A DNA stretch of 64,000 bases, from NCBI GenBank assembly GCA_963702835.1, contig OY969762.1, positions 2,278,427 to 2,342,426 of the forward strand, written 5' to 3'. A program made the translations under genes and the position numbers. Shown one piece after another: positions 63,371-64,000 of the stretch (positions are counted from its first letter, which is position 1; each line of letters begins with the position of its first letter). The DNA comes from Candidatus Aminicenantes bacterium. Its GTDB lineage: Bacteria; Acidobacteriota; Aminicenantia; Aminicenantales; JAFGAV01. Under the pieces are notes generated by a model. It saw only the letters and a list, made by a program, of their open reading frames with translations, had not been told where the DNA came from and did not search any database.

Positions 63371-64000
63371 ATGAAGACGATGAAGGTCACCGTCGTCATC
63401 CCCGCCAAGAACGAAGAACGGTCGATCGGCAAGATCATCGCCAAGTGCCGGAAATACGCTGATGAGATCCTGGTGGTGGATGGGCATTCCAAAGACGGCA
63501 CGGCCCGGGTCGCCCGCAAGCTGGGCGCCCGTGTCGTTCAGGACCACGGCCGGGGTAAGGGCGACGGCATCCGGGTAGGCATTCAGGAAGCCAGGGGCGA
63601 TATTCTGGTTTTTATTGACGCCGACGGCTCCCACGACCCGGACAACATTCCTCAACTCATCAAGCCCATCCAGCAGAACAAGGCCGACATGGTGGTGGGT
63701 TCGCGCGGCATGGGCGGCTCCGACGAGCTGCATGGCGACATGGAAAAGCTGCTGCGCATGATCGGCAGCGACATCATCCTCATCGGCATCAACAAGAAAT
63801 TCAAGGTTCACCTGACGGACAGTCAGAACGGCTATCGGGCCATCCGAACCACGGCCGCCCGGTCCCTCAGCCTCAAGGAGAACATAACCACCATCGAGCA
63901 GGAGATGACCATCAAATGCCTGAAGAAAGGCTTCCGCATCAGTGAAGCGCCCACCCATGAGTATGCCCGGGAGCACGGCGCCTCGGTCATCAAACTGCGC
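63371..64000 (+). CDS. GT2 glycosyltransferase, partial (runs off the window end)
   Basis: Manual translation: VVIPAKNEE, VDGHSKDGT, FIDADGSHDP, VGSR. Confidence 0.88.
   Translation, partial: MKTMKVTVVIPAKNEERSIGKIIAKCRKYADEILVVDGHSKDGTARVARKLGARVVQDHGRGKGDGIRVGIQEARGDILVFIDADGSHDPDNIPQLIKPIQQNKADMVVGSRGMGGSDELHGDMEKLLRMIGSDIILIGINKKFKVHLTDSQNGYRAIRTTAARSLSLKENITTIEQEMTIKCLKKGFRISEAPTHEYAREHGASVIKLR

Noticed and set aside
63263-63976. 237-aa minus-strand ORF
   Set aside because: Shadow of the plus-strand GT2 that runs off the window end.

Overview
GC-rich bacterial chromosomal window from a probable anaerobe. The split atp operon, group 4 hydrogenase and LPS/glycan genes suggest Acidobacteriota/Ca. 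Aminicenantes, but this is an inference only. Layout: (i) 1-1.1 kb partial amidohydrolase; (ii) ~1.1-10 kb AT-richer defence island with an orphan hicB behind a 13-codon hicA remnant, a BglII/BstYI-family R-M pair, a helical-domain AAA ATPase, membrane ORFs, a HEPN-like gene, a Shedu nuclease and IS91/IS21 transposase scraps; (iii) 10-21 kb complex-I-like 11-subunit membrane [NiFe] hydrogenase with a HycI protease; (iv) 22-28.5 kb PaoABC-like Mo-oxidoreductase, a C26 peptidase, an unannotated ~120-nt structured RNA candidate behind tandem sigma70 promoters, and a lipoprotein; (v) 28.6-43 kb accD-folC-atpF'FHAGDC-tRNA methyltransferase-wzm-wzt-rfaE2 plus a Tat metallophosphoesterase; (vi) 43-64 kb glycan biosynthesis genes interrupted by a LarE-like PP-loop gene with a small partner peptide, an ECF sigma module and an AT-rich hicA-hicB-third-gene islet. 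A 90-146 bp MITE/REPIN-like hairpin element occurs three times. Several single-base frameshifts in otherwise intact genes point to long-read assembly errors. No rRNA, tRNA or CRISPR array was seen.
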